Assembly (NCBI RefSeq): GCF_006345805.1
Contig: NC_043016.1
Coordinates: forward strand, 496,001-560,000
Direction: 5' to 3'
Source: Octopus sinensis
Taxonomy: Eukaryota
DNA length: 64,000 bases
The position numbers and the translations under genes were made by a program. Under the pieces are notes generated by a model. That model saw only the letters and a program-made list of their open reading frames with translations. It was not told the DNA's origin and ran no database searches. Positions within the stretch are counted from its first letter, which is position 1. Each line of letters starts with the position of its first letter. Positions 51,945-64,000 of this stretch are shown here, piece after piece.

Positions 51945-51950
51945 ACAACA

Positions 51951-52002
<52 letters not shown>

Positions 52003-52016
52003 TCACCACCACCACG

Positions 52017-52060
<44 letters not shown>

Positions 52061-52091
52061 AACTACTTCTACTTCTACCACCACCACCACC

Positions 52092-52170
<79 letters not shown>
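51945..52170. repeat. (CTA)n/(CCA)n tract
   Basis: Seen directly. Confidence 0.95.
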
Positions 52171-52659
52171 AATTTGTCCAAAATAAATTTCGTGTTGAGT
52201 TCAAAACGTCAAAGGGTTATTGTTATATGAAATTTTCAAGATAAGTTGCAATAGTAAATGGAAATTAAACAAAAAAAAAAGACAAAAATAAAATCAAAAA
52301 TATTTATTAGCTTTGCAGAGGCAGAGAAGTTTATCAGAAATCTAAATATTAAGTTGACGTTCCTTGCGGCGGAAATCTGCGATGCTTTTTCTTTCTTTTG
52401 TTTATTTTTGTTTTGTTTTTCTTTTGTTTAGGGTTCAACCTACCTTCGGAAATGCAGGAAGGGAGACTTCCCTCAAGCAACTAGTGACGCTGTCTTCATC
52501 TGCCAACAAACATTTGCAAAACAAAGATGGCCGCTATGACATCCCATTTCTAACAGTAATGTAACTTCCAGCCATGGAGGTTTTGTTTCTAAGTTAGAAA
52601 GCAATATTTTCTCTAACGGAAGAATTAAAGAATGAAAAAAAAAGAAAACAAAAATTAAA

Positions 52660-53285
52660 TGTACTTACATACATACATACAGACAGTCATACATACACAC
52701 ACACATACATACATACATACATACATGCATGCATGTATGCATACATACATACACACATACATACACACATACATACATATATACATACATACATACATAC
52801 ATACATACATACATACATGCATGCATGTATGCATACATACATACACACATACATACACACATACATACATATATACATACATACATACATACATACATAC
52901 ATACATACATGCATGCATGTATGCATACATACATACACACATACATACACACATACATACATATATACATACATACATACATACATGCATGCATGTATGC
53001 ATACATATATACACACATACATACATACATACATACATACATACATACATACATGCATGTATGCATACATACACACATACTGACACACATACATCCATTC
53101 ATCCATCCATCCATACATACATACATATATACACACACACACATCCATCTATCCATCCATCCATCCATCCATACATACATACATACATGCATACACACAC
53201 ACATACATACATACATACATACATACATACATACATACATACATACATACATACATACATACATACATACCTACATACATACCCC
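52660..53285. repeat. (CATA)n/(CATC)n tract with higher-order periodicity
   Basis: GCATGCATGTATGC at 52727, 52819, 52911 and 52987; variant at 53055. Confidence 0.9.
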
Positions 53286-53821
53286 TTATACTTATATACA
53301 ATTGGTCTGTGGTTAATACGTTGGAAGCCTACAACAAACAATCTATAGTTTTAAAATCTATCTTATACTTGTTTTAATCATTGTATTGTAGCCATGCTGG
53401 AGCACCATCGTGAATAATTTAGACTACCAAATCGACCCCAGCACTCATTTTAAAACCTGGTACCTTATGTCTGAAGGAATTACAACAAGCCTGTTATAAA
53501 CCCTTAATTGTGATAGACTATGGTTCAAGAGTAATCTAGCCGTGACCATCCATGCATATTCCTATATGCAGGTTCCCATAGACACATAAAACAACGAGTT
53601 CATTTTAAGACGGCAGAATATCATTTGAGGAAAATTTGCCTGCTATTTCCAGCACTTTGAGTGACCATGTTCATGCAGAAGTTTTGAAAAGGATCTCCAC
53701 TAGTATTCCTTGTGTTAAAACATTAATACGTATTCAGTATCAACAATATTTTCAGTATTTATCTCAGAGCAGTTTTTCTACGAGGTATTGTATATTCTTT
53801 TCTACTCTACGCACAAGACCC

Positions 53822-54016
53822 TAAATGTTTTGGGAGGGGTCCAATCGATTAGATCAACCTCAGTACGCAACTGGTACTTAATTTATCGAACCATAAAGGA
53901 TGAAAGGCAAAGTCGACCTCGGCAGAATTTGAACACAGAAGTACGGCAGACGAAATACCTATTCATTACTACCCACAAGGGGCTAAACACAGAGAGGGAC
54001 AAACAAGGACAGACAA
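53822..54016 (-). mobile_element. SINE S1 compound cut by the assembly gap
   Basis: Minus strand ..GGGTAGTAATGAATA|GGTATTTCGTCTGCC.. Confidence 0.8.
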
Positions 54017-54116
54017 NNNNNNNNNNNNNNNNNNNNNNNNNNNNNNNNNNNNNNNNNNNNNNNNNNNNNNNNNNNNNNNNNNNNNNNNNNNNNNNNNNNN
54101 NNNNNNNNNNNNNNNN
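54017..54116. other. Assembly gap (100 N)
   Basis: Exactly 100 N, typical of a scaffolding placeholder of unknown size. Confidence 0.98.
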
Positions 54117-54119
54117 GAG

Positions 54120-54780
54120 GGCGACTGAGGAAACCTACTGTCAATCGAAAGACAGCGATGGAGAAAAAATCGGAATCTTCATGGGGCTGGTTGATCGTAA
54201 GTGAGAGTGGCTGGTCAGTATCAAGCCGTAAACAAACTAATAAGGATTTGTATAACTCAGATGAAATAAATAAGAGTAGGTCATGTGGAAAAAGAATGTT
54301 TGAGACATGTTTGCATAGTGGAATATATAAGGTGGTTACAATAATTGTGCTTACTACCATTGGTCTTTATACAGTAGATACTGGATTTCCAAGCACTGAG
54401 AAGTGGTTTTAACGCGAACGAAAGACAGTCCAATGAAATCAGGCTGTGAAAATCTCGGAGAAGTTTACAATCCATGCAGATATCGTTCTGAACATACTTT
54501 GGCTAAAATGTACTAACAAGAGGTATCTGTTGATCGATATAGCTTGGCTAGGAAATTATTAATCAATGGCAAACTAAACGAGAAAGTTGTAAAATATGCA
54601 ATGTTGTGACGAGATGTCGAGAGAATGTTGAATGTGAAAGCAAAAGTGGTACCAATTGTGATTGGAGCACTTGGGTCAGCGATGAGGAAAACTTTCAGGA
54701 ACACCTTGACCACACCTGGAATCTGTCCCACATTATGACATTGCAAAATATTACAACTTTTGGGGACAACAAATATCCTG
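54120..54780 (+). mobile_element. Highly degenerate R4/Dong-clade 3' fragment, family F
   Basis: SWGWL..; RSCGKR..; FTIHAD..LLIDIA..; KAKVVPIVIGALGS. Confidence 0.6.
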
Positions 54781-54994
54781 ATGAAAGTACTGTTTATCTG
54801 GAGTTACATAATTGATAGAATCAATTAAACGATCCAGTGTGAAAAAGTCATCACTGTGAAGATGAAGAAGGATATTAAAATGGTACGGAGCATAAATCAG
54901 AAGACTTCACCGAGAATAATGAGTATAAGATCTCAGAACTTATATTAATAAACAAGTTTGTCCGACGCGCTAAACATCGTGCCAGCTTGCCGCC

Positions 54995-55014
54995 TTATAA
55001 TAATAATAATAATA

Positions 55015-55051
<37 letters not shown>

Positions 55052-55126
55052 TGATAATAATGATAATAAGATGATGATGATGATGATGATGATGTGATGA
55101 TTATGATAATAATAATAATAAGAATA

Positions 55127-55157
<31 letters not shown>

Positions 55158-55182
55158 TATAATAATAATAATGATAATAATA

Positions 55183-55214
<32 letters not shown>
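54995..55214. repeat. (AAT)n/(GAT)n tract upstream of the family-A copy
   Basis: Seen directly. Confidence 0.95.
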
Positions 55215-55217
<3 letters not shown>

Positions 55218-57435
55218 TCACAAAGGCTGAACAAGCACCTGACGAAACAACACTGTTCCCAGAAGAGCAGAAAGGATGCGCCAAGGCTCATATGGTGTAC
55301 AGATCAACTAATGATTAATAAAGCATACTGAAGACAGCCACAGAAAGAAGAAAGGCCTCAGTATGGCCTGGATTGAATACAAAAGGCGTTTGATAGCATC
55401 CCCCACACATGGATCCTCGAAACACTAGCCATTAACAAAGTAGCACCACACAATCATTAAAATTCATAGAGCACTCTATGAATAAATGGCAAACAGTGCT
55501 ACAGCTCCAAACAAAAGAGGACTATGAAACCAAAGACATCCCCATTAGAAGAGAATATTCCAGGGAGACACGCTCTCTCCACTCCTTTTCTGCTTGGCAC
55601 TGTCACCTCTATCTGAATGCTAAATAGAACTGGATGCGGATATAAATGTTACGGCAAAACGATCAGCCACCTTTTATATATGGATGACCTAAAACTATAC
55701 GCTGCAAATGACAAAACAGCTGGAAAACTATAAAGACAGTTCAGGATTTCCAAAGAAATAGATATGAATTTGGATTAGAAATGCGCCAAAGTAACCCATG
55801 AAAGAGGAAAACTAGTTAAGAGTAACAACATCACACTAGATAAAAACCATGAAATAAAAGAATTAGACCAAAGCAAACTTACAAATACTTAGGAATCCAT
55901 GAACTAGATAGACACACAAACACACAAATGAAAGGAAAATAAAAAAAGAATTTTAGACGAGTTAATCAATATAAACACAGAGCTCAATGCTAAAAACAAG
56001 ATAATAGGTATCAACACTTTAGCTGTCCCAGTTATAAGTTACAGCTACAATATCCTTAACTGGACACGAAATGAACTGACCAATATAGGAAACGAAAAAT
56101 AATGACAGGATCTTTGGATGCATCACCCAAAATCTGACATAGAAAGACTATATATACAACGTATAGAAGGTGGTAGAGGCCTTATACAGCTGGAAAACTA
56201 CTATAAAATAACCACCATAGGACTGCAAAAATATCTACTTAAGAAGGAAGGAAAACTGATCCAGATAGCGGCAAAATAAGCGCAAAACAAAAAATGTTCT
56301 CAGTATTTAAGGAAGCTGACAAATACAAACAAGAAATCATACCACCTAATAAACATGAAGAAAAAGAAGAAGAAGAAGAAGAAGAGAAGAAGAAGAAGAA
56401 GACGAAGAAGAAAAGAAGAAGAAGAGAAGAAGAAGAAGAAGAAGAAGACGAAGAAGAAGAAGAAGAAGAAGAAGAGAGAAGAAGAAGAAGAAGAAGAGAA
56501 GAAAATGATGAGAACAACAAAGCTATAAACAAATGAAATCCAAACTAAAAAATGAAAAGCAACGAACCATGATAAAAAGATGGCAAGAAAAGCCCTTCTC
56601 ATGGTAAATACTGGACTAAACTAACGCAAAAGAAATAGACAAAGAAAATCCCAGCAATGGTTGAGAAGCTCAGGACTCAAAGCAGAACAGAGGGATTTTT
56701 AATGCAGCACAAGACCAAGCCTCCCACCAGAAATTACCAAAAATATGTAATGAAAAAATATAATATTACAAGTAACTGCAGAATATGTGGAGATGGACAA
56801 GAAACAATAAATCATATTATCTCTAGCTGCCCATCTTGGCTAAGAAGGAATATATTCACAGACATGACAGAGTTGGAACCTACATACATTGGAAGCTATG
56901 CAACATTATGGAATAACACAGAAAAAAGATGGTATAGGCACACACCAGAAAAGGTCACAGAAACGAGAAAGCGACCATACTCTGGATATGCCGATACACA
57001 CAGATAGAGAAATTAAGGCCAACAGACCAGATATAGTTGTCAGAGATCAGGAAGAAAAAATGCTTTCTAATTGATGTATCAATACGGCTGATGACAACGT
57101 GCTCTTAAACGAAATGGAGAAACTCTCAAATACAAAGCCCCTGGAAATAGAGGTAACTAGAATGTGGAACCTGAAAACAGAAACAATTCCTATCATGGTA
57201 GGTGCATTAGGCATGATAAAAAAATATTCAGACAAATACATAACAAAAAAACCAGGACTTAACAACCACATAAAAACATACAGAAAATTGCACTACTAGG
57301 CATGCACACATCCTACGCAGAACACGTTCCATACAATAACCATCAGAGCATCACAACAAATCACAGCACATACCCAAGGACACAGAGCTGTGCTCGGTAG
57401 TGAAGTGAACGAACGCTATAAAAATAAAACTACTG
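55215..57435 (+). mobile_element. R4/Dong-clade LINE family A, 3' ~2.2 kb
   Basis: Collinear with ~16090-18231; YMDDL; CRICGDGQETINHIISSCP; ANRPDIVVRD; expanded internal (GAA)n at 56360-56510. Confidence 0.92.
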
Positions 57436-57712
57436 AATAATAATAATAATAATAATAATACAACAACACAACAACACACAACAACAACAACAACAACAGC
57501 AACAACAGCAACAACAACAACAACAACAACAACAACATAATACAACACACCACAACACACAAAACCAACAACAACAACAACAAAGCAACCCAACCAACAA
57601 CAACAACAACACAACAGCACACAGCAGCAGCAGCAGCAGCACACAACAACAACAACAACAACCAACAACAACAACAACAACAACAACAATAATAAAATAA
57701 TAATTAATACTA
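57436..57712. repeat. (AAT)n(AAC)n(AGC)n(AAT)n linker between the family A and B copies
   Basis: Seen directly. Confidence 0.95.
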
Positions 57713-60700
57713 ATGCATCCGCGAAAATCTCAAAAATCTCAACGATCCTATGTGGGTAAAGATTAGAAAACGGCAACAGTCCCACAAAAAGCCTTCTTGC
57801 AAGAGCGTCTGCAACAACAAATTAAAATATTTAGATCTGACATTGAATATTTGAAAAACCTTAAGGCTCACAAGATTACCAAACCTACAAAAACCCAAAA
57901 ATACTGAAAAAATACAATATGAAAACTATACTTGATATTGATGCCACCATAGAAACCATCAAGCAAAAGGATCTGCCAAAGCTGCCCGCATAGCGAGGTA
58001 TGAAAAGCGTGTTAGATTTTTCAAGGACAACAACATGTTCAAAATAACACCAAGAATTTTTACAGAAGATAGGAAAAACAGCGTTTACTGCAGGGTCTGT
58101 ACCATCAAAAGAAGAGTGCAGAGATTTTGGAATAAAATCTGGGCAGAAGAAAAAACACACAACGAAAAGGCACCCTGGATTGACAGAATATCTACAGAAC
58201 TGGACCCCTTAGAAGAGCAAAAGTGGGAGGGTGTCAAGGTAGAAGATATAAGATCTGCTCTCAGGAGGTCAAGCAAATGGAAGTCTCCAGGAAAGGATAA
58301 AATTCCTAACTTCTGGCTGAATGCCTTCCCGAGAGCCATGAACTGCTAACAGAACTGTACAATGATGTTTTGCAACACCCTAGTAGGATGCCTCCTTGGC
58401 TAGTTAATGGGTTAACATTCCTGCTTCCAAAAAGTGAAAGAAACAAATGAACCAAAAACTATAGACCCATAACCTGCTTAAAACTATGTACAAAACACTA
58501 ACATCTGTCCTGACGGAATATACCTATAGTTTTTTAACAGACAGCAGCATATTCCCTAATGAACAGAAAGTATGTAACGTGGATCCTACGGCTGTAAAGA
58601 CCAACTACTCATCAATAAGATGATCTTAGAAGATTGTCACAAACGACACAAAAACTTATCAATAGCCTGGATAGACTATAAAAAGGCTTTTGATAGCCTA
58701 CCACATAGCTGGATTAGGAAATGCCTTGAAATGTATAAGATAGCACCAACTCTGCGAAACTTCTTGACTGTAAGTATGAGATCATGGAGAACCACACTAA
58801 CTCTGAACAGTGACAGTGAATCCCTAAATGATGGTGATGTAAAAATTTCGTGTGGCATTTTCCAGGGGACTCACTGTCACCACTCCTCTTTTGTTTATCC
58901 TTAATAATCTCTCAAAGCTGCTCAATGATGCGCAGTACGGTATAAAATGTTTGATAAAAATATAAATCATCTCGTTTACATGGATGATTTAAAGCTTTTT
59001 GCAAAAAATGATCAACAACTCAAGGGCTTACTAGCGATAGTCAAACAATTCAGTGACGACATCAGAATGCAATTCGGCCTCGATAAATGTGCAAAGGCTA
59101 CCTTTATCAAAGGAAAAATGACAGAAACATCTAACGTTAACCTTGACCAACAGAATGTCATAAAAGAACTAGACCCAGTGGAGAGCTACAAGTACCTAGG
59201 GATAACTGAAGGGAACGGAATAAGGCATTCAGAGATGAAGGAAAGGATCAGGAGAGACTGCTATCGAAGAGTGAGAGCAATACTCAAGACAGAGCTGAAT
59301 GCAAGAAACAGGATCGAAGCAATCAATGCATTAGCTATACCAGTCGTGACTTACAGTTTCAATATTGTTAACTGGTCAATTACTGAAATATGTCAGCTTG
59401 ACAGAAAAATAAGGAAACTGTTGACAATGCATAGAATGCACCACCCTAAGGCAGATACAGAACGACTCTATCTGCCAAGAAAAGAGGGAGGGCCGTGGTC
59501 TTTTGCAACTGGCAATAACAATGAAGATTGCTACAATTGGCCTAGACACCTACCTGAAAAACTCTGAGGACTGGATGCTAAAACTTGTCTCAAAACATGA
59601 AAACAAGAAAAATCATACTCAGTCACAAAACAGGCAAAGGAATATCTAAGTGAATTCCGAATACAACCAATTTCGGAATTAGAGATAGACATACAAGAAA
59701 CAAGCACAGAAAAAGCTAGGCGCATGAAAACCCGTGCCAAAACTGCGGCCTTAGATATTCTGAATAATAAATGGCAAGAAAAACCTCTCTATGGCAAATA
59801 CCCAAAGAGAGCGAATAATGCAGATATCGACAAAGCCCTGACCCATCAATGGCTAATGGCCTCTGGCTTAAAATCTGAAACAGAGGGGTTTATCATAGCA
59901 GCTCAAGATCAATGCCTACCAACAAGAAACTACCAGGCCAACATATTAAAGATCAGAAGCAGTCCAACGTGTCGTGTATGCAAGCAACAAAATGAACCAT
60001 TGACCATGTGGTCTCCAAGTGCAGTCTTCTAGCGCCTACAGAGTATCTCAACAGACACGATAGAGCTGCACAATATATTCACTGGGTAATCTGTAAAAAC
60101 CTGGATTTGCCCCATGAAAAAAACTGTTGGGAACACAAACACCCCAGTGCTTGAAAATGACCACATCTCACTCCTCTGGAACTTCACCATTCAAACTGAC
60201 AGGAAGATAGATGCAAATAGGCCAGACATCATATTGAAAAACTTCAACAAAGAACATGCCTCCTCATTGATATGACTGTCCCAATCGATATAAACGTATC
60301 TGTCAAGACCTACCAAAAACTGAGCAAATATAAAGATCTTGAAATAGAAATCAGCAAAATGTGGAAGCTGAAGACTAAAACAATACCTGTTGTCATAGGT
60401 GCCCTGGGAATGATAGCAAAAGGGGCTGATAGCTACCTAACTCAGATACCAGGAAACCCCAAAATGGCAGAAGTTCAAAAGATAGATCTCATGGGAACTG
60501 CTATATCCTATCCTACGCAAAATACTCTCTATGTAATCTCAAGGTTTAAAACAAACATAATTTTCGGTTTAAAAAAAAAAAAAAAAAAAAAAAACCTTTT
60601 TTTTTTTTGACATTCATTAGTACAACAACATCCCCACCCCCCAAATATAGGGCACACTAGGCATAACAACAACATGAACTTCCAACCCTGTTGTCTCTTG

Positions 60701-60759
60701 AGGTCTCTGGGTGAGACTTGGAGCCAACTTGTACAAATATAAAGCAAAAGTCAAACATA

Positions 60760-60760
<1 letters not shown>
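57713..60760 (+). mobile_element. R4/Dong-clade LINE family B (sister subfamily to 27.7-31.6 kb), 3' ~3.05 kb
   Basis: ORFs 58620-58904 ([18 protein letters not shown]), 58947-59567 (YMDDLK..RMHHPKAD), 59724-60032 and 60272-60610; (AAT)n tail from 60761. Confidence 0.92.
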
Positions 60761-60819
<59 letters not shown>

Positions 60820-60823
60820 CAAC

Positions 60824-60863
<40 letters not shown>

Positions 60864-61052
60864 GTTTCAAAATTTGACACGGAGCAAGTAAATTTTGAGG
60901 TGAGAGAAAATCGATTTGACTGGTATTTATTTTATCGACTCTGAAAGGATGATATTCATCGACATCGGTTGAATTTGAACACAAGGCGTAAAGACATGAA
61001 ACACTGCTATGCGTTTTGTTCGGGGTGCTAACGTTTTTTGCTCGCTCGCCAC
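60864..61052 (-). mobile_element. Decayed SINE S1; an S2 head fragment follows at ~61120-61238
   Basis: TTTATCGACTCTGAAAGGATG..GAATTTGAAC motifs. Confidence 0.7.
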
Positions 61053-62929
61053 TTTAAATAATCATTTCTATTACAGACACAATGACAGAAATTTTGGGAG
61101 CGGGGTTAGGGAAATGCGTTAATCGCCAGTACACAACTATAGTTGAAGACACTTGCCCAATGTGCTACGCAGTGTGACTGAACCCGGAACTATGTGGTTC
61201 GTAACCAAGCTACTTACCACACAGCCACTCCTACGCCTAGTGAATATTTTAAAAACAATGCTACGAACGTCAAAATTGTTCGTTGTGTGGTGTGTTGAAT
61301 CAACCTATATTTCTACTTGTATTTTTCTGTGGTTTTTCATATATCTTCACTTTAGAACAATATTACTCTGTAAAGATAATTGTGACATATAGAAGTAACA
61401 TAATATATAACGCACCATTACAAGACAGGATGAGAAAACGTTACGATATAGATACTTTAATAATGATCGTTCGCTCGTTTTCTTTGGTGGAGGTGCAGTT
61501 GCATCAATTGTGAGTGTAACGAAATGATTCATAATGCTTGCTGAAAATAAAACCTTTTGCATTGTTTAGTTTGAAGATAAATACAAGATTATTGTCTTAG
61601 GGTTAGATTCAAACATTATCTCTAAGCTAGAATCCTTTAAAAAATGTATGTAACTTTTGCTGCAATCTTACACTTTTGGGATTATTAAAATCTCTACTTT
61701 AAGTAGCTTAGTTTTAAATGGATTAGTGTATATACAAATCCATAATACACACACTAAAAGAAACTTTTGAAGGTATTTTTTGTCCAATATCTTTGGCTTA
61801 ATCAAAAACTGAAATAATAGCTTTTGATGTAATAAAGGAGACGGTCAGACCTGGAGTAGCGAAGGTGTTGTTGATGAAATATCGAATTTGCGACGAAAAG
61901 ACTGAGAAGAATCTAACTGATTGATTGATTGACCGAATGATTAATCATAAAATTGATTAGTTAACTGGTTTAATTGTTAACTCGTTGAGTAATAATAAAT
62001 GAGACAGAGTAGAATCAGTACATGTGTTTCATATTGGCTTAACGACCCTAACAAGACACAACAAAATAAATGAGTAATTGTCTACATCTCTGAAAAACAA
62101 TCGTTAAACGATAATATAGTCACGTAATATAGTCATAAAAATTAAGGTAACTCTACAGTTTCATTTTTTAACAGTGGATCGAAACCAGCTAAATTGATGT
62201 TATTTCATAAGAACAATTGAAAAGTAAACACAATTTCGAAGCTTATTATACCTGAATGTATTTGTTAATAATACAAATATCTGTTTTTGTGTGGGATAGA
62301 AAGCCTAGTGGAGGGATTGTGTACAAAATCGGTTTTACGATCTTTAAAGGTAATGTACGGCTTTTGTAATGACGGGAACTTTACATTTCCATTTATATTT
62401 AATTCAGAAACGATCATTTTGCCTCGGCGTCGATATCATGTAAACTTATAAATAAATTCGTTTCTTTTTTGGAAAGTTTTTAGTAATAGATAAGAATTTA
62501 TGGTAATTAGATTTATCTATTTCATGAAGATCACCTTGAAATAAATCTGGGAAGAAGTAGTTAAATTTTTCATTCAGATTGATTTCTCTATGTAAATAAT
62601 GTCTTTCTGAAGCACACGTTTATGCCTGAAAAATAAACTTTCAAATTCAATTTTATGGTTCACACTTCAGAATTTTACTAAACTTTTGATTTTCCTATCC
62701 TATATAGGTCCTTTTCTTGTTGTTAGTACAACAGTCCTACACTAATTTGTTGTAAGCAGTCTATAGCATTAATGCAAAAACTGACTATAGCTCAATTGTG
62801 TAATACTGTCCCGATAAAAAAGAATATTAACGCTACATCAGAAGAACTAAGTATTTTTTTCCACCAAAACAGCTGATGGTAATTTTAGAATAGCTTTGCT
62901 GCGCAGTCGATTTATTCGTACTTGAAGTA

Positions 62930-63156
62930 ACTCTTTACTCTTTACTCTTTTACTTGTTTCAGTCATGTGACTGTAGCCATGCTGAAGCACCGCCTTTAGT
63001 CGAGCAAATCGACCGCAGGACTTATTCTTCGTAAGCCTAGTACTTATTCTATCGGTCTCCTTTGCTGAACCGCTAAGTTTTGGGGACGTAAACACACCAG
63101 CATCGGTTGACAAGCGATATTGGAGGGACAAACACAGACACACAAACACACACACA

Positions 63157-63193
<37 letters not shown>

Positions 63194-63398
63194 ACACACA
63201 TATATATATATATACATACACATACATATATACGACGGGCAACTTTCAGTTTCTTCCTACCAAATCCACTCACAAGGTTTTGGTCGGTCCGAGGCTATAG
63301 TAGAAGACATTTGTCCAAGGTGCCACGCAATAGGACTCGAACCCAGAACCCTGCGGTTCGTATGCAAGCTATTTACCACACAGCCACTCCTACGCCTA
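62930..63398 (-). mobile_element. CORE-SINE S2, complete, with internal (CA)n(TA)n
   Basis: Reverse-complement match to 41782-42190. Confidence 0.85.
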
Positions 63399-64000
63399 AA
63401 ATATAATTTTTGAAATAATTACTAAAATCTCAAATTTTTTAACAAAGATTCACGAAATATTTTTCTTGCAAAATATTTTTTTAAATCACCATATTAACGG
63501 CTTCATATTCCTTTACTAGGCTTTCTTCTTTTTATCATTTGAAAAGGGTTTTTTTCTGGTCCCACAATGGGACACAAGTCCAAGTAAACCCTTTGATCTT
63601 CCGAGGTCATCAAAGTCCGTTTATCGAAGCAGACTCATATACAATCACAATCCGCATTCACAACCATCTATCCATATTGCTCCGCAAAAGAAACGATAGA
63701 GCAATAGAGAAATCCGCGCCATCATCGTTTGCTCTGACGTTTCCATTATTTCCCTCTATTCAGTGCTATATCAACTTCACCTGTCACTTCCCTTCATCAT
63801 TCTTTTTCATGATCGAACGCAGACTTGTACACGTTTCACCCGGTTCAATAGAACACAAATCACGCTATTAATCGATCAGAATTTCTTCGAACTGTTGCAT
63901 TTGAGGGTGTGAGACACATGCCTGCGTTTTTGAAGGAAAGAAAGTGTGAGACTTTTTATCTTGTTGCTTTCCTGATAAATCATTCGGGCAAAATGTCACT

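Noticed and set aside
54017-54116. Adjacency of the S1 compound and the R4-F fragment across the N run
   Set aside because: The gap size is unknown, so no biological linkage can be inferred.
63539-63871. 110-aa ORF in unique sequence
   Set aside because: Non-ATG start, no motif and no splice context; the length is compatible with chance.

Overview
AT-rich eukaryotic DNA made almost entirely of transposable elements and microsatellites. The repeat landscape looks like an octopus/coleoid cephalopod genome; this is an inference from the tRNA- and CORE-type SINEs and the extreme (TA)n/(CA)n/(AAT)n load, and no database search was run. No host protein-coding gene can be supported, and most ORF-track entries are microsatellite translations. 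Main content: (1) at least 13 pieces of R4/Dong-clade non-LTR retrotransposons (RT plus restriction-like endonuclease) from several families, arranged as co-oriented chains separated by (AAT)n-type tracts, including one near-full-length copy at 27.7-31.6 kb; (2) a ~560-bp non-coding element that occurs in the same tracts; (3) a Tx1/L1-clade LINE 3' half and an RTE-like LINE 3' half; (4) three tRNA-headed SINE families and a full-length 5S-derived copy; (5) three non-autonomous Helitron families, two of them nested; (6) Penelope-type terminal remnants with decayed minimal hammerhead cores, and a possible HDV-like ribozyme relic; (7) a TA-flanked foldback MITE with a tRNA-like centre, and an asymmetric hairpin element with variable-length TSDs; (8) a 100-N scaffold gap. 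Family labels (A-G, S1-S3, N560, H1-H3) are my own working names. Boundaries are read by eye, about +/-10-30 bp unless a junction is quoted.
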